64,000 nt of DNA, taken from an uncultured Bacillales bacterium (GTDB lineage: Bacteria > Bacillota_I > Bacilli_A > RF39 > UBA660). Positions 37,822 to 47,435 of this stretch are shown here, piece after piece; positions within the stretch are counted from its first letter, which is position 1; the number at the start of each line of letters is the position of its first letter. Under the pieces are notes generated by a model that saw only the letters and a program-made list of their open reading frames with translations, searched no databases and was not told where the DNA came from. Location of the stretch: NCBI GenBank assembly GCA_902477075.1, contig CABSFU010000005.1, positions 6,263 through 70,262 on the forward strand, written 5' to 3'. The position numbers and the translations under genes were made by a program.

Positions 37822-39069
37822 ATGAATAAAAAATTAATAGAATTAAGAAGAAATCTAACTGTTAAATTAAAAGAAGCAAGAGAATTAATTGATGAAGGAA
37901 AAATCGAAGAAGGTCAAAAGGCGACCAAAGAAGCACAAGAAATAAAAGACCAAATTGTTTTAGAAGAACAAATGGTGGAACTTGAAGATACTATAAAAGA
38001 TGATAATAAAATCGTTGATGTAGAAGATAGAAGTGCAAAGAAGAAAGTAGAATCAAGAACAGCTCTAGTTCATTACTTGCAAGGTAAAAAACTAACAGCA
38101 GAAGAAAGAACCTTACTTGTAGAAACAACAACACCAGGAGAAGGTCAAAACTCAATGGCAGTAATTGTTCCACAAGATATTTATACAGAAATCAATGAAT
38201 TAAAAAGACAATATAAGTCATTAAAACAATATACAGATGTACAATCAACAGGAACCAATTCAGGTTCTTTTGTTTTTGAACCAGGAGATAGCATCGAACC
38301 ATTTGTAGATGTAGATGAGGGAACAGAAATCGGAGAATTAACATCACCAAACTTACGTCAACAAAAATTTGCTATTACTGATAAAGGTGGAATCTTACCT
38401 ATAAGTAATACCTTACTTTCTGATGAGGCTGGCGGTTTAATGAAATACATTATGAAATGGATAGCTAGAAAATCTACAGTTACAGATAATGTAAAGATTT
38501 TATCAGTGTTGAATGGACACGGAATCAAAATAAAAGCATCAACTCCAGATGAAGTAAAAAGTGCTATGAACACTAAACTTGATCCTGAATTATTAAGCAC
38601 AGCCGTAATTATTACAAACCAAAATGGATTTGATATTATGGATAACTGGAAAGATGCTGTAGGTAGACCAATTCTACAAGACCATCCAACAGAAAAAACT
38701 AAAAAAACTCTAGGTGGTGTAACAATCGAAGTGTTCGCTAACAGAACTATTAAAGATGTTGATGGAGCATCTCCTGTTTATATTGGTAATTTAGAAGAAG
38801 CAATCAAATTCATGGATAGAGAACAACTTGCTATTGCTGTATCAACAGAGGCAGGATTTACTAAAAATTTAACTTTGGTTAGGGCTTTACAAAGAGATGA
38901 TGTTGAGCCAAAAGATTTAGAAGCATACCTAAACATTAGCTTAACAGCACCAAAAGAACAACCAGTAGTTCATGTTAAGAATGTAACAACTACGGAAAAC
39001 AAAGTAACTAATACAACTCCTGTAGAAGATACTTCACAATCAGAACAAACAAATACAGGGGAAGAATAG
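37822..39069 (+). CDS. Major capsid protein, HK97 fold, with an N-terminal delta (scaffold) domain
   Basis: 415 aa. A coiled-coil N-terminal region is followed by a capsid-like body. It sits after the protease. Confidence 0.88.
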   Translation: MNKKLIELRRNLTVKLKEARELIDEGKIEEGQKATKEAQEIKDQIVLEEQMVELEDTIKDDNKIVDVEDRSAKKKVESRTALVHYLQGKKLTAEERTLLVETTTPGEGQNSMAVIVPQDIYTEINELKRQYKSLKQYTDVQSTGTNSGSFVFEPGDSIEPFVDVDEGTEIGELTSPNLRQQKFAITDKGGILPISNTLLSDEAGGLMKYIMKWIARKSTVTDNVKILSVLNGHGIKIKASTPDEVKSAMNTKLDPELLSTAVIITNQNGFDIMDNWKDAVGRPILQDHPTEKTKKTLGGVTIEVFANRTIKDVDGASPVYIGNLEEAIKFMDREQLAIAVSTEAGFTKNLTLVRALQRDDVEPKDLEAYLNISLTAPKEQPVVHVKNVTTTENKVTNTTPVEDTSQSEQTNTGEE

Positions 39070-39092
39070 GAGAGGCCAAAAGGCTTCTCTTA
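39069..39092 (+). terminator. Hairpin directly after the capsid gene
   Basis: gagaggcc-aaaa-ggcttctc, then TTAATTTT. Confidence 0.5.
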
Positions 39093-39117
39093 ATTTTATA
39101 TGAGGAGATGAAAGAAA

Positions 39118-39411
39118 ATGGTGGATTTAAAAAAAGCAAAAGAATATTTACGAATTGATTATGAAGAAGATGATGAATTCATTAGGTCTTTAATAGCAGC
39201 CTCAAAGATATATTTGGAAAATGCTATTGGAGAGTATAAATCAAATGAATTAACGGATCTTGCTCAACTTATTTTAATAGAGCATTGGAATGACAATCGT
39301 TCATTAGTTGGAGTAGTTACTGACGTTATCAAACATAGTGTAGATGCAATTATTTTTCAAGTTAAGTATTGCAGTCAGGTAGATGAAAATGAATCCGGGC
39401 AAACTGAATAA
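39118..39411 (+). CDS. Head-tail connector (gp6-like)
   Basis: 97 aa. KEYLRIDYEEDDEFI...LI matches the common DNA-packaging/gp6-like N-terminus. Confidence 0.7.
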   Translation: MVDLKKAKEYLRIDYEEDDEFIRSLIAASKIYLENAIGEYKSNELTDLAQLILIEHWNDNRSLVGVVTDVIKHSVDAIIFQVKYCSQVDENESGQTE

Positions 39412-39724
39412 AAGAATAGAAATTCAAAGGTTTGAAAAAGACTTTGATAGCGAAGGAATTGAAGAAAAGAAATGGATAACAATACGTCCAATATTTGCAG
39501 CTATTGAAGATAAAATTGTAAGAACTACTAATGAAGATAATTCTATAACTACTCAAGTAGAAACTAACATGATTATTAGAAAAAATTACAAGCCAATATT
39601 TACAAGTGACATCAGAATAGTGTACGAGAATCGTATTTATAATGTTCTTGATATAAGTGAAGTGGACAATAACTATATAAAGTTAATTACTAAAGGAGAA
39701 AAACTATATGTCAGCAAGACTTGA
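39383..39724 (+). CDS. Head closure / head-tail adaptor protein
   Basis: The N-terminal NPGKLNKRIEIQRFEK...D..G pattern is typical of the family. Confidence 0.7.
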   Translation: MKMNPGKLNKRIEIQRFEKDFDSEGIEEKKWITIRPIFAAIEDKIVRTTNEDNSITTQVETNMIIRKNYKPIFTSDIRIVYENRIYNVLDISEVDNNYIKLITKGEKLYVSKT

Positions 39725-40127
39725 TTTTGATGGACTTGATGCAATTGTAAATGACTTAAATAAAATGAATGATTTATTAGATAGCAACATAATAGATGAT
39801 GCTCTTGAAGAAGCAATACAACCAGCATATAAAGATGCTGTTCGCAGAGCTCCTAGAGATAAGAAAGGACATCAAGGAAAGTATGGTAATGGACACATGG
39901 CAGATAATATTCCTTTAAAGTTGGTCCGTGATAACGGATATCGTGCCATCGAATATGGATGGGAAAAGTCTGATAATAGTGATTATTACTATGCAAAATT
40001 CGTTGAATGGGGAACTTCAAATGGTAATTATCCGAAAAAACCTTTCATGAATAAATCGATGAGTAAAAATAAGAATCAGTGTTTTAATGTTTTTTCTGAA
40101 CGAGTAAGAAAGGAACTAGGACTATGA
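39708..40127 (+). CDS. HK97 gp10-family tail-joining protein
   Basis: 139 aa. Gene order and the AYKDAVRRAPRDKKGH pattern fit. Confidence 0.65.
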   Translation: MSARLDFDGLDAIVNDLNKMNDLLDSNIIDDALEEAIQPAYKDAVRRAPRDKKGHQGKYGNGHMADNIPLKLVRDNGYRAIEYGWEKSDNSDYYYAKFVEWGTSNGNYPKKPFMNKSMSKNKNQCFNVFSERVRKELGL

Positions 40128-40462
40128 ATATTCGTGCTAAAACTAAAAAGGCTCTTAATAAATTACAAGTGCCAAGTGGTTATCAAGAAATAACAAATCC
40201 ACCAGAAACTTATATCACATTTTTTGAATATGACTATGAGTACGATTATTCAGAAGATGAAATCACTAGAGCAATATATATTGTTCAAGTAGATTTATGG
40301 ACTAAAAATCCTAAATATAAAGATTTAGAAAAAGAAATCATTAAGGTAATGGAAAGTGAGGATTTTTATCTTGATGATGAAGAAGATTTGTATGAGAAAG
40401 ATACAAAAATGTATCATAAGGCATTCCGTTTCAAATTGGAAAATATAAAGGAGGTTGAATAA
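40124..40462 (+). CDS. Tail completion/terminator-like protein
   Basis: 112-aa ORF between gp10-like and the major tail genes, with an ATGA overlap. Confidence 0.5.
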   Translation: MNIRAKTKKALNKLQVPSGYQEITNPPETYITFFEYDYEYDYSEDEITRAIYIVQVDLWTKNPKYKDLEKEIIKVMESEDFYLDDEEDLYEKDTKMYHKAFRFKLENIKEVE

Positions 40463-40463
40463 A

Positions 40464-41081
40464 ATGCCAGTAGCAGATAAATCGTCAGTACCAAGACAAA
40501 TAGGTCTTAAGGATGTCCACGTAGCCATCATCAAAAGTGATGGAGTAAGTGGAACAGTTTATGATATACCAGTAAAAATTAGTAGAGCAATCACTGCTAA
40601 AATAACTCCAAGTGTGAATAGCGAAACACTTTATAGTGATGATTCCGTAGAAGATGAACTATCAGCATTTGCTGGGTGTGAGGTAGAAATAGAACAAAAT
40701 GCTCTTACTTTGGAACATCGTGCTTTAATACTAGGAAAGAAATATTCTAATGGAGAGTTAGTTGAAAATAGTGGAGATATTCCTCCAAAACTTGCTTTGA
40801 TGTTTAGAAGTGAGAAATCAACTAGTACAAAAGCAAATCCAGTATATCGTTATTGTGTTTTATATAAAGGAAAATTCTCTGAAATTGAAGATGAGTATGA
40901 AACAAAAGGAGAAAAGCCAAATAGTAAAACTACTAAAATAAAAGGAAAGTTCTATGATCGAGATAGCGATGGTAATTGGAGATTAATGTTGGATACTGAT
41001 GCCGAAGGTGTTAATGAAGATAAAATAAAGAACTTCTTTACAACAGTTCAAGAACCTGGAACTACATCAAGTAAAGGATAA
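40464..41081 (+). CDS. Major tail protein (phi13-like)
   Basis: About 205 aa. Position before the chaperone/tape-measure genes fits. Start at ATG 40464 behind AAGGAGG. Confidence 0.75.
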   Translation: MPVADKSSVPRQIGLKDVHVAIIKSDGVSGTVYDIPVKISRAITAKITPSVNSETLYSDDSVEDELSAFAGCEVEIEQNALTLEHRALILGKKYSNGELVENSGDIPPKLALMFRSEKSTSTKANPVYRYCVLYKGKFSEIEDEYETKGEKPNSKTTKIKGKFYDRDSDGNWRLMLDTDAEGVNEDKIKNFFTTVQEPGTTSSKG

Positions 41082-41099
41082 TAGAAAGGAAATCAAAAA

Positions 41100-41501
41100 A
41101 TGAGTAAAAATAAAAAATATAATAACCATAATCGTGTTACAGGTAAAGACTTACAACCTAAACACGCAACTATGATTTTAAAAGGGAAACAGTATGAAAT
41201 GAACTTTGACTTAAATGCCATGGCAGAACTAGAAGATATCTTCGGTTCTTTGCAAGTAGCAATATCAGAACTTAAAAAGAAAAAGTTAAAAGCCGTAAGG
41301 TCATTTTTATATGCAGTTTTAAAATCTAGTGATGAAAACTTAACAGAGTTTGAAGTTGGGAAACTTATTGATATGAATAATTTTACATCAATAGAAAAAG
41401 CAATTACAAAACTAATCAATAATGCGTTTGAGGAGGACGAGAATGATGAAAAGGAAACATCAAAAAACGTACAACCGGATCATCAAACTCGCAAGGCATA
41501 G
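41100..41501 (+). CDS. Tail assembly chaperone (G-like, zero-frame product)
   Basis: 133-aa ORF directly upstream of the tape measure gene. It contains the slippery site near its 3' end. Confidence 0.75.
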   Translation: MSKNKKYNNHNRVTGKDLQPKHATMILKGKQYEMNFDLNAMAELEDIFGSLQVAISELKKKKLKAVRSFLYAVLKSSDENLTEFEVGKLIDMNNFTSIEKAITKLINNAFEEDENDEKETSKNVQPDHQTRKA

Positions 41502-41680
41502 ATTGGGAATGGCTTTATTATTTAGGTAAAGAAATCCTAAAGATGAGTGATTATGAGTTTTGGAGAAGTACACCAAAACAATTGATTATTAAATCAAGAA
41601 TATATTCAAGATTTAAAAATAATGAAAATGATGATCCGGAAAGTGAGGTACCGTTCGGTTATATTGATGATGTTTTCTAA
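41100..41680 (+). CDS. Tail assembly chaperone, -1 frameshift product (GT-like)
   Basis: After a -1 slip at 41462-41468 the frame stays open to TAA at 41678-41680. It encodes ...KKRTTGSSNSQGIDWEWLYYLGKEILKMSDYEFWRSTPKQLIIK..., a typical T-extension motif. Confidence 0.65.
41462..41468 (+). promoter_or_regulatory. Slippery heptamer A AAA AAC for programmed -1 frameshifting
   Basis: The zero-frame codons are tcA AAA AAC, so the X XXY YYZ register is correct. Confidence 0.65.
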
Positions 41681-41701
41681 TAGAAGAAAGGAAAACATAT
41701 A

Positions 41702-44527
41702 ATGGCGAATTGGAAACTAAAAGTAGGAATGCTCTTCGATTCGAAAGAATTCGAGGCAGGAGTACAACGGATTGATAAACAACTAAAAATATTAGATAGT
41801 GAATTAAAGTTGTCACAAAGTTCCATTAAAAACTTTGGTAATACAAGCGACCAATTAAAAGCCAAGGCCTCATCTTTAACCGAAAAAATAGAACTTCAAA
41901 AAGCAAAAGTTGAAGGACTACGTAAGGCATATAATGAAGCAGTCGCTACCAAAGGCGAAGATGCAACGGCAACTCAAAATTTAGAAATAAAATTAAATAA
42001 TGCTTCAACTGCATTGAATAAAATGCAATTAGAGTTGAAACAAGTAAAAGAAGAATTAAAAAATCAACCATCATTGTTAGATAAGATGGGAAAACAAGTT
42101 GATTCGTTAAATGAAAAATTAGGTGGTGTTGGTAGTAGCCTTGAGAGTTTTGGAAAGAAACTATCAGCAGGAGTTATAACACCATTAGTTGGATTAATGA
42201 CTTCAACCGCAAAAACGTCTTTATCATTTGTTAAATTAAAAGAGGATACAAGACTTGCATTTCAAGTTTTATTAGGTGGTGCTGATGAAGCACAAAAAAT
42301 GTTAGATGATTTATATACATTTGCCAAAACAACACCTTTTAGCTATGCTCAATATTTAACAGCTGGTAAGAACTTAACAGCAATGGGTGTTGCTGCTAAA
42401 GATGTTATTCCTTATTTAGAGGGAATAACCAATGCCTCAATTGCTACAAGTAGTGGAACGGCAGGTATCGAAAGTTTATCTGATGCCATAGGAAGAATGT
42501 CATCAAAAGGAAAAATGTCACTAGAAGAACTTAATAAGTTTCTTGAACGTGGTGTTCCAGCCGTAAAAATACTTGGTAATGCATTCGGAAAAACAGAAGA
42601 ACAAATCTACGATATGCTCTCTAGTGGAGATATGGTAACAAGTAAATATCTTCCAGCCTTAATAAAAGGAATGAATGAAGGTACGAAAGGAATCAATGGA
42701 CAGACAGCAGCCTATGGTGGTCTTGCAAAAGAAATGAAAAATACTTTGTCTGGTGCATTGGATACTTTAAATAGTAGATTTAGGAATATGTCAATTGAGA
42801 TGTGGAATGCAGAGAATGCATATCCTGCTTTAATTAAAGTGATTAGGTCATTTACTGATACTTTAAATGTTCTTCCAAAATTATTCGGAGTAGTCGGAGA
42901 TGTAGCGACACCAACTCTAGAAAACATAAGTAAGGCATTAGATAAGTTTAATAAGGTAATTGAAAATACTGATTCAGAGCAACTAGCTCAAATAGGTAAA
43001 ATGATTTTAGGACTAGCAGCGACAGGACCAGCACTTATTGGAATAGGAAAGCTTACTCAAGGCTTATCTTCATTTAATACTAAAATGACCGAGATAAATG
43101 GTAAAATACCTGGAGCAATTAGTAGCATACAGAACTTTGCTTCCAATATGGGAAATGGTATAGCTACAGGATTTGGAAAAGCAACAACCTCGTTATCAAA
43201 CTTTATTCATAAGATACCATTTGTCGATAGCCTAGAAAATACAATATCAACCAAAATAGGAGCAATAACATCAAAGGTTGGAAATTTATTCAAGCCACTT
43301 ACAACAAAGATAGGTACTGCTATGCAACCAGTATTGCAGAAAGTACAAAGTGCTTTTGGTAAGATAGGAACTATAGCCACTCAAAGTGCCTCTAAGCTCC
43401 AAAATATAACATCGTTTGCAATAAAACTAATAGGACCAGCAGCAATAGTTGGACTTTTAATTGCAGGACTAGGTGTAGCACAAAGCCAGTTTGGAGAACA
43501 ATTAGATCAGTTCTTAAATATTGCTATAGAAAAAGGACCAATATTAATATCTGAATTTACTACTAGAGTAGTAGCAGAATTACCAAAAATAATGGATTTA
43601 GGTGTACAACTACTAATGACACTAGTAGATGTAATTATTGCTAATTTACCATCAGTATTGGAAAGTGCAGTACAAATTGTAACAACTCTTGCTAGTGGTG
43701 TGGCAACAAATGCAGATTTGTTAATTTCAAAGATTATAGATTTAATATTAATGCTTGTAAATACAATCGTTGATAATTTACCTTTAATTTTAGAAACAGG
43801 ACTAAAGTTATTACTTGCACTTACTCAAGGAATAGTTAATAACATAGATAAAATATTAGATGGAATTTTAAATGTACTTTTAAAATTAATTGATTTTATA
43901 GCCGATAATCTTCCTATGATAATAGACATGGGAATAAAAATAATAATTGCTCTTGCTCAAGGGTTGGTAAAAGCAATTCCTAAAATTATAGATTCGATAG
44001 GAACTATTGTAAGTCATATTTTTGATGCATTTAAGAAAATTAAATGGGGAGATATAGGTAAGTCAATTATAGATGGTTTAGTTGCAGGACTTAATGCGGC
44101 TAAAGATTTAGTAGTCAATGCTATGAAAAGTATTGCTAAAGGCGCCATTGGTGCATTTAAGAAATTCTTTGGAATTAATTCTCCATCAAAAGTATATCAA
44201 GGCTTTGGTAAAAATATAGATGAAGGTTTAGCAATAGGTTTGGATGATAACCTTGATGTTGTAGAAGATTCCATGGATAATTTAATGAACACAATGAATT
44301 TTGTTCCAGATGGTTTAGATTATGAACTTCGTGGATTAAAAACTACACGAAATGGTTCTGTATCTCAAGTTAATAATACAACTAAAACTACTACTAATAA
44401 GAATGTTAATATTTACCTTAACATAGAACATTTTGAAAATAATAGAGAAGAAGATGTTGAAGAACTAATGGCAGAAATGGAATACATTGCTAAAAAAGAA
44501 CTTATAGGAAATGGAGGTAATGCATAA
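41702..44527 (+). CDS. Tape measure protein
   Basis: 941 aa. Coiled-coil N-terminus and internal DNLP-x-I-L/I-E/D-x-G-x-K repeats. It sits after the chaperone pair. Confidence 0.9.
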   Translation: MANWKLKVGMLFDSKEFEAGVQRIDKQLKILDSELKLSQSSIKNFGNTSDQLKAKASSLTEKIELQKAKVEGLRKAYNEAVATKGEDATATQNLEIKLNNASTALNKMQLELKQVKEELKNQPSLLDKMGKQVDSLNEKLGGVGSSLESFGKKLSAGVITPLVGLMTSTAKTSLSFVKLKEDTRLAFQVLLGGADEAQKMLDDLYTFAKTTPFSYAQYLTAGKNLTAMGVAAKDVIPYLEGITNASIATSSGTAGIESLSDAIGRMSSKGKMSLEELNKFLERGVPAVKILGNAFGKTEEQIYDMLSSGDMVTSKYLPALIKGMNEGTKGINGQTAAYGGLAKEMKNTLSGALDTLNSRFRNMSIEMWNAENAYPALIKVIRSFTDTLNVLPKLFGVVGDVATPTLENISKALDKFNKVIENTDSEQLAQIGKMILGLAATGPALIGIGKLTQGLSSFNTKMTEINGKIPGAISSIQNFASNMGNGIATGFGKATTSLSNFIHKIPFVDSLENTISTKIGAITSKVGNLFKPLTTKIGTAMQPVLQKVQSAFGKIGTIATQSASKLQNITSFAIKLIGPAAIVGLLIAGLGVAQSQFGEQLDQFLNIAIEKGPILISEFTTRVVAELPKIMDLGVQLLMTLVDVIIANLPSVLESAVQIVTTLASGVATNADLLISKIIDLILMLVNTIVDNLPLILETGLKLLLALTQGIVNNIDKILDGILNVLLKLIDFIADNLPMIIDMGIKIIIALAQGLVKAIPKIIDSIGTIVSHIFDAFKKIKWGDIGKSIIDGLVAGLNAAKDLVVNAMKSIAKGAIGAFKKFFGINSPSKVYQGFGKNIDEGLAIGLDDNLDVVEDSMDNLMNTMNFVPDGLDYELRGLKTTRNGSVSQVNNTTKTTTNKNVNIYLNIEHFENNREEDVEELMAEMEYIAKKELIGNGGNA

Positions 44528-45258
44528 TGAAACCATATTTTATTTATAAGGAAAAAAATTCTCGTGATATGGGAATATCTATATTAAAACTACCTCCAAG
44601 AATAAAACCAGAACGCAGGGGCGAAATAATAAATGTCCCTGGACGTGATGGCTTTTTATTTGAAAGTGATGATGCATATAATAATAAAACTTTGGAAATC
44701 GAATGTACTTTTATACCACCAGAAGGGAACACACAAAATCAAATAGATGCAATGATTATGGACATATTAGTGTGGCTAGATGGTAATGGTAAATTAATCT
44801 TCTCTGATTATCTAGGGTATTATTATGAAGCAACAATAATCAACTCAATTCCGATAGAAAGGCTATTTAAAAGGTATCGTAGATTTATGGTATCCTTTGA
44901 AGTTCAACCTTTTTCAAAATCACTTATACCATCACAAATAGAAAAACAAACATTGGAAGAAGAAATCTTTAATGTTAAAACTTATTATGAAACTTCATTA
45001 AAAATTAACTTACAGGCAACTGGAAATATAGAAATCCATATAAATGATAATATTATGCACTTTAATGATATTGAAAGTCCTCTAGTCATAGATGGAGAAC
45101 TTATGAATGTTACAGATGAGCTAGGAGTCAACATGAATAATCATATGGTAGGGGATTTTCCAAAATTAAAACCAGGTAATAACACAATAAGTATTATTTG
45201 CGATGATGACTCTAGTTTTAATGGACTAATACTTGAGTATAGGAGTCTTTGGTTATGA
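44527..45258 (+). CDS. Distal tail protein (Dit, phage tail family)
   Basis: 243 aa, directly after the tape measure gene with an ATAATG overlap. Confidence 0.75.
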   Translation: MKPYFIYKEKNSRDMGISILKLPPRIKPERRGEIINVPGRDGFLFESDDAYNNKTLEIECTFIPPEGNTQNQIDAMIMDILVWLDGNGKLIFSDYLGYYYEATIINSIPIERLFKRYRRFMVSFEVQPFSKSLIPSQIEKQTLEEEIFNVKTYYETSLKINLQATGNIEIHINDNIMHFNDIESPLVIDGELMNVTDELGVNMNNHMVGDFPKLKPGNNTISIICDDDSSFNGLILEYRSLWL

Positions 45259-47435
45259 TTAGATTATATGATAAGAACGAAAAGGACTTTACTCATAATG
45301 GATTAGGAATATTAAAAGATGTTCTGATGTGTACCTGTACGGAAGTTTTAAATGGAAAATATGATCTAGAACTTGAGTATCCTATACATGGCTTTTTGAT
45401 AGAAAATATAGTAGAAGAAAATATTGTAAAAGCACCGGTAGGAAATCCAAGTGGCGAAGATCAGTTGTTTAGGATTAAACTAGTCACAAAACAATTGAAA
45501 AAAATCAAGGTATATGCAACTCACATATTTTATGATTTATCTGATAATTTTCTAGTTGATGTCGCACCAACAGATAAAAACGGAGATAGTGCATTAAACT
45601 GGATGTTACAAAGAACAGTGTATGCAAATGACTTTAATTGTTCTTCTGATATAGAGAAAATCGCTAGTGCAAGATATGTCAGAAGAAATTTTGTTGAAGC
45701 AATAATTGGAGAAGATAATGCTTTTATAAATCGTTGGGGTGGAGAACTCCATCGTAATAATAAATATTTTGAAATGAATACTAATAAAGGTAAGAATAGA
45801 GGTGTTCAAATAAGATATGGTAAGAATATGAAAGAAATTACTTGGGATATAGATATAACAGGAGTTGTAACAAGGATATATCCTCAAGGATTTGATGGAT
45901 TATTTTTGCCAGAACTTTATATTGATAGTCCTTTGATAGAAAATTATATTCATCCAAAGATACAAAAGATAGAATTTTCTGAAATACAAGTAGATGAAGA
46001 AAATGGTATAACAAAGGAAATGGCTTTGGAAGAATTGCGACAAGAGGTTTATAAACAATACAATGAAGGTATTGATAAACCAACTATAACAATTCAAGTC
46101 GACTTTTTAGAATTATCAAGAACAGAAGAATATAAAACACTTTATAAATCAATGGAAAAGATTTATCTTGGAGATTTTGTTGATGCAATTGTTCCACATT
46201 TGAATCTTAATGAAAAATTGAAAGTCATATCTACCACTTACGATGTACTTGCAAAAAAGTATACTGAATTTGAAATGTCTAACAGTGATAAAAAAGAAAG
46301 AAATTTTATAAATAGTACCAAGGCACTTATAAGTAAGCTTGAAAAGATAGATAGCAATGTTTTAAATAGTGCAAAACAAGATGCGACAAGTAAAATAGTA
46401 AATGCTATGGGTGGTTATGTTTATAAAACACGAAATGAACTATTCATAATGGATAATGAAAATCCTAAAGAAGCACAAAAAGTTTGGCGTTGGAATATTA
46501 ATGGTCTTGGTTATTCATCAACAGGAATAAGTGGTCCTTATGGAATCGCTATGACTAGTGATGGACAAATTGTAGCTGACTACATAACAACGGGACAAAT
46601 GGCTATTGAAAGAATAGTTGGACTTGCTGATACTCTTAATAGTTTGCAATTAGATATTGAAGGCTTTAAATTTGATGTTCAAAAGTCAGGCGGATCTAAT
46701 TTGATTTTAAATAGTGTTGGTTTTGCCGGATTTCAAAGTTGGCAATATGATGGAAATGTTGCACATATTAGTAATGCTGAATTAACGCTTAATGGCTCAC
46801 AATCTGGTGGTGCTTTTATTTTGAATGATGGAAAGTTAATTCAGAAGATAGTAGTGAAAGCAGATAGTAGTGATATAGCACAACCACAGAAAACTTATTA
46901 CACTTTCTCTACAATCATAAAAAAAGGATTGCAGGGAACGTGTTATTTTAAGGTTTATAACGATGTTGAAAGTTACGAAATAAAGCTAGAAGAAAATGAA
47001 GAAAGCAATTATAAAGAATATCAACTAAAAGGGTTACTACCAAAGCAACCTTTTTATTATGTTGAAATATATGGTTCAAAAGATAGTAATGCTATTTTTA
47101 CAGATAATATGTGTAACATAGGACCAATAAAAACTCCTTATCAACAAGCATATGGAGAAATACTAAATACACAAGTAAATATTACCTCGAATGGAGTGAT
47201 AGTAAAATCAAATGTTTATGATGGAAGTTACACCGTTATGTCTCCAATGGAATTTAGTGGATATGCCAAAGTTAATAATGTTGTAACAAGAGTTTTTTCA
47301 TTAAATGGAGATACTACCGAAGTTGAAAAACTCAAAGCAAAAACGCAAATATCTATGAATCCAATAAAAATAGTATCCTTAACAAACGGCAATAACAAAG
47401 GTTGGGCTTTTGTGCCGAGTGGAGGCGATGAATAA
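45255..47435 (+). CDS. Tail-associated protein (Tal / prophage tail endopeptidase family)
   Basis: About 726 aa after Dit. ATGA overlap; N-terminal MIRLYDKNEKDFTHNGLGILKD is typical of this family. Confidence 0.75.
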   Translation: MIRLYDKNEKDFTHNGLGILKDVLMCTCTEVLNGKYDLELEYPIHGFLIENIVEENIVKAPVGNPSGEDQLFRIKLVTKQLKKIKVYATHIFYDLSDNFLVDVAPTDKNGDSALNWMLQRTVYANDFNCSSDIEKIASARYVRRNFVEAIIGEDNAFINRWGGELHRNNKYFEMNTNKGKNRGVQIRYGKNMKEITWDIDITGVVTRIYPQGFDGLFLPELYIDSPLIENYIHPKIQKIEFSEIQVDEENGITKEMALEELRQEVYKQYNEGIDKPTITIQVDFLELSRTEEYKTLYKSMEKIYLGDFVDAIVPHLNLNEKLKVISTTYDVLAKKYTEFEMSNSDKKERNFINSTKALISKLEKIDSNVLNSAKQDATSKIVNAMGGYVYKTRNELFIMDNENPKEAQKVWRWNINGLGYSSTGISGPYGIAMTSDGQIVADYITTGQMAIERIVGLADTLNSLQLDIEGFKFDVQKSGGSNLILNSVGFAGFQSWQYDGNVAHISNAELTLNGSQSGGAFILNDGKLIQKIVVKADSSDIAQPQKTYYTFSTIIKKGLQGTCYFKVYNDVESYEIKLEENEESNYKEYQLKGLLPKQPFYYVEIYGSKDSNAIFTDNMCNIGPIKTPYQQAYGEILNTQVNITSNGVIVKSNVYDGSYTVMSPMEFSGYAKVNNVVTRVFSLNGDTTEVEKLKAKTQISMNPIKIVSLTNGNNKGWAFVPSGGDE

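Noticed and set aside
41702-44527. Internal DNLP-x-I-L/I-E repeats in the tape measure protein as a separate feature
   Set aside because: Tandem helical repeats are normal in tape measure proteins and scale with tail length, so they are not unusual.
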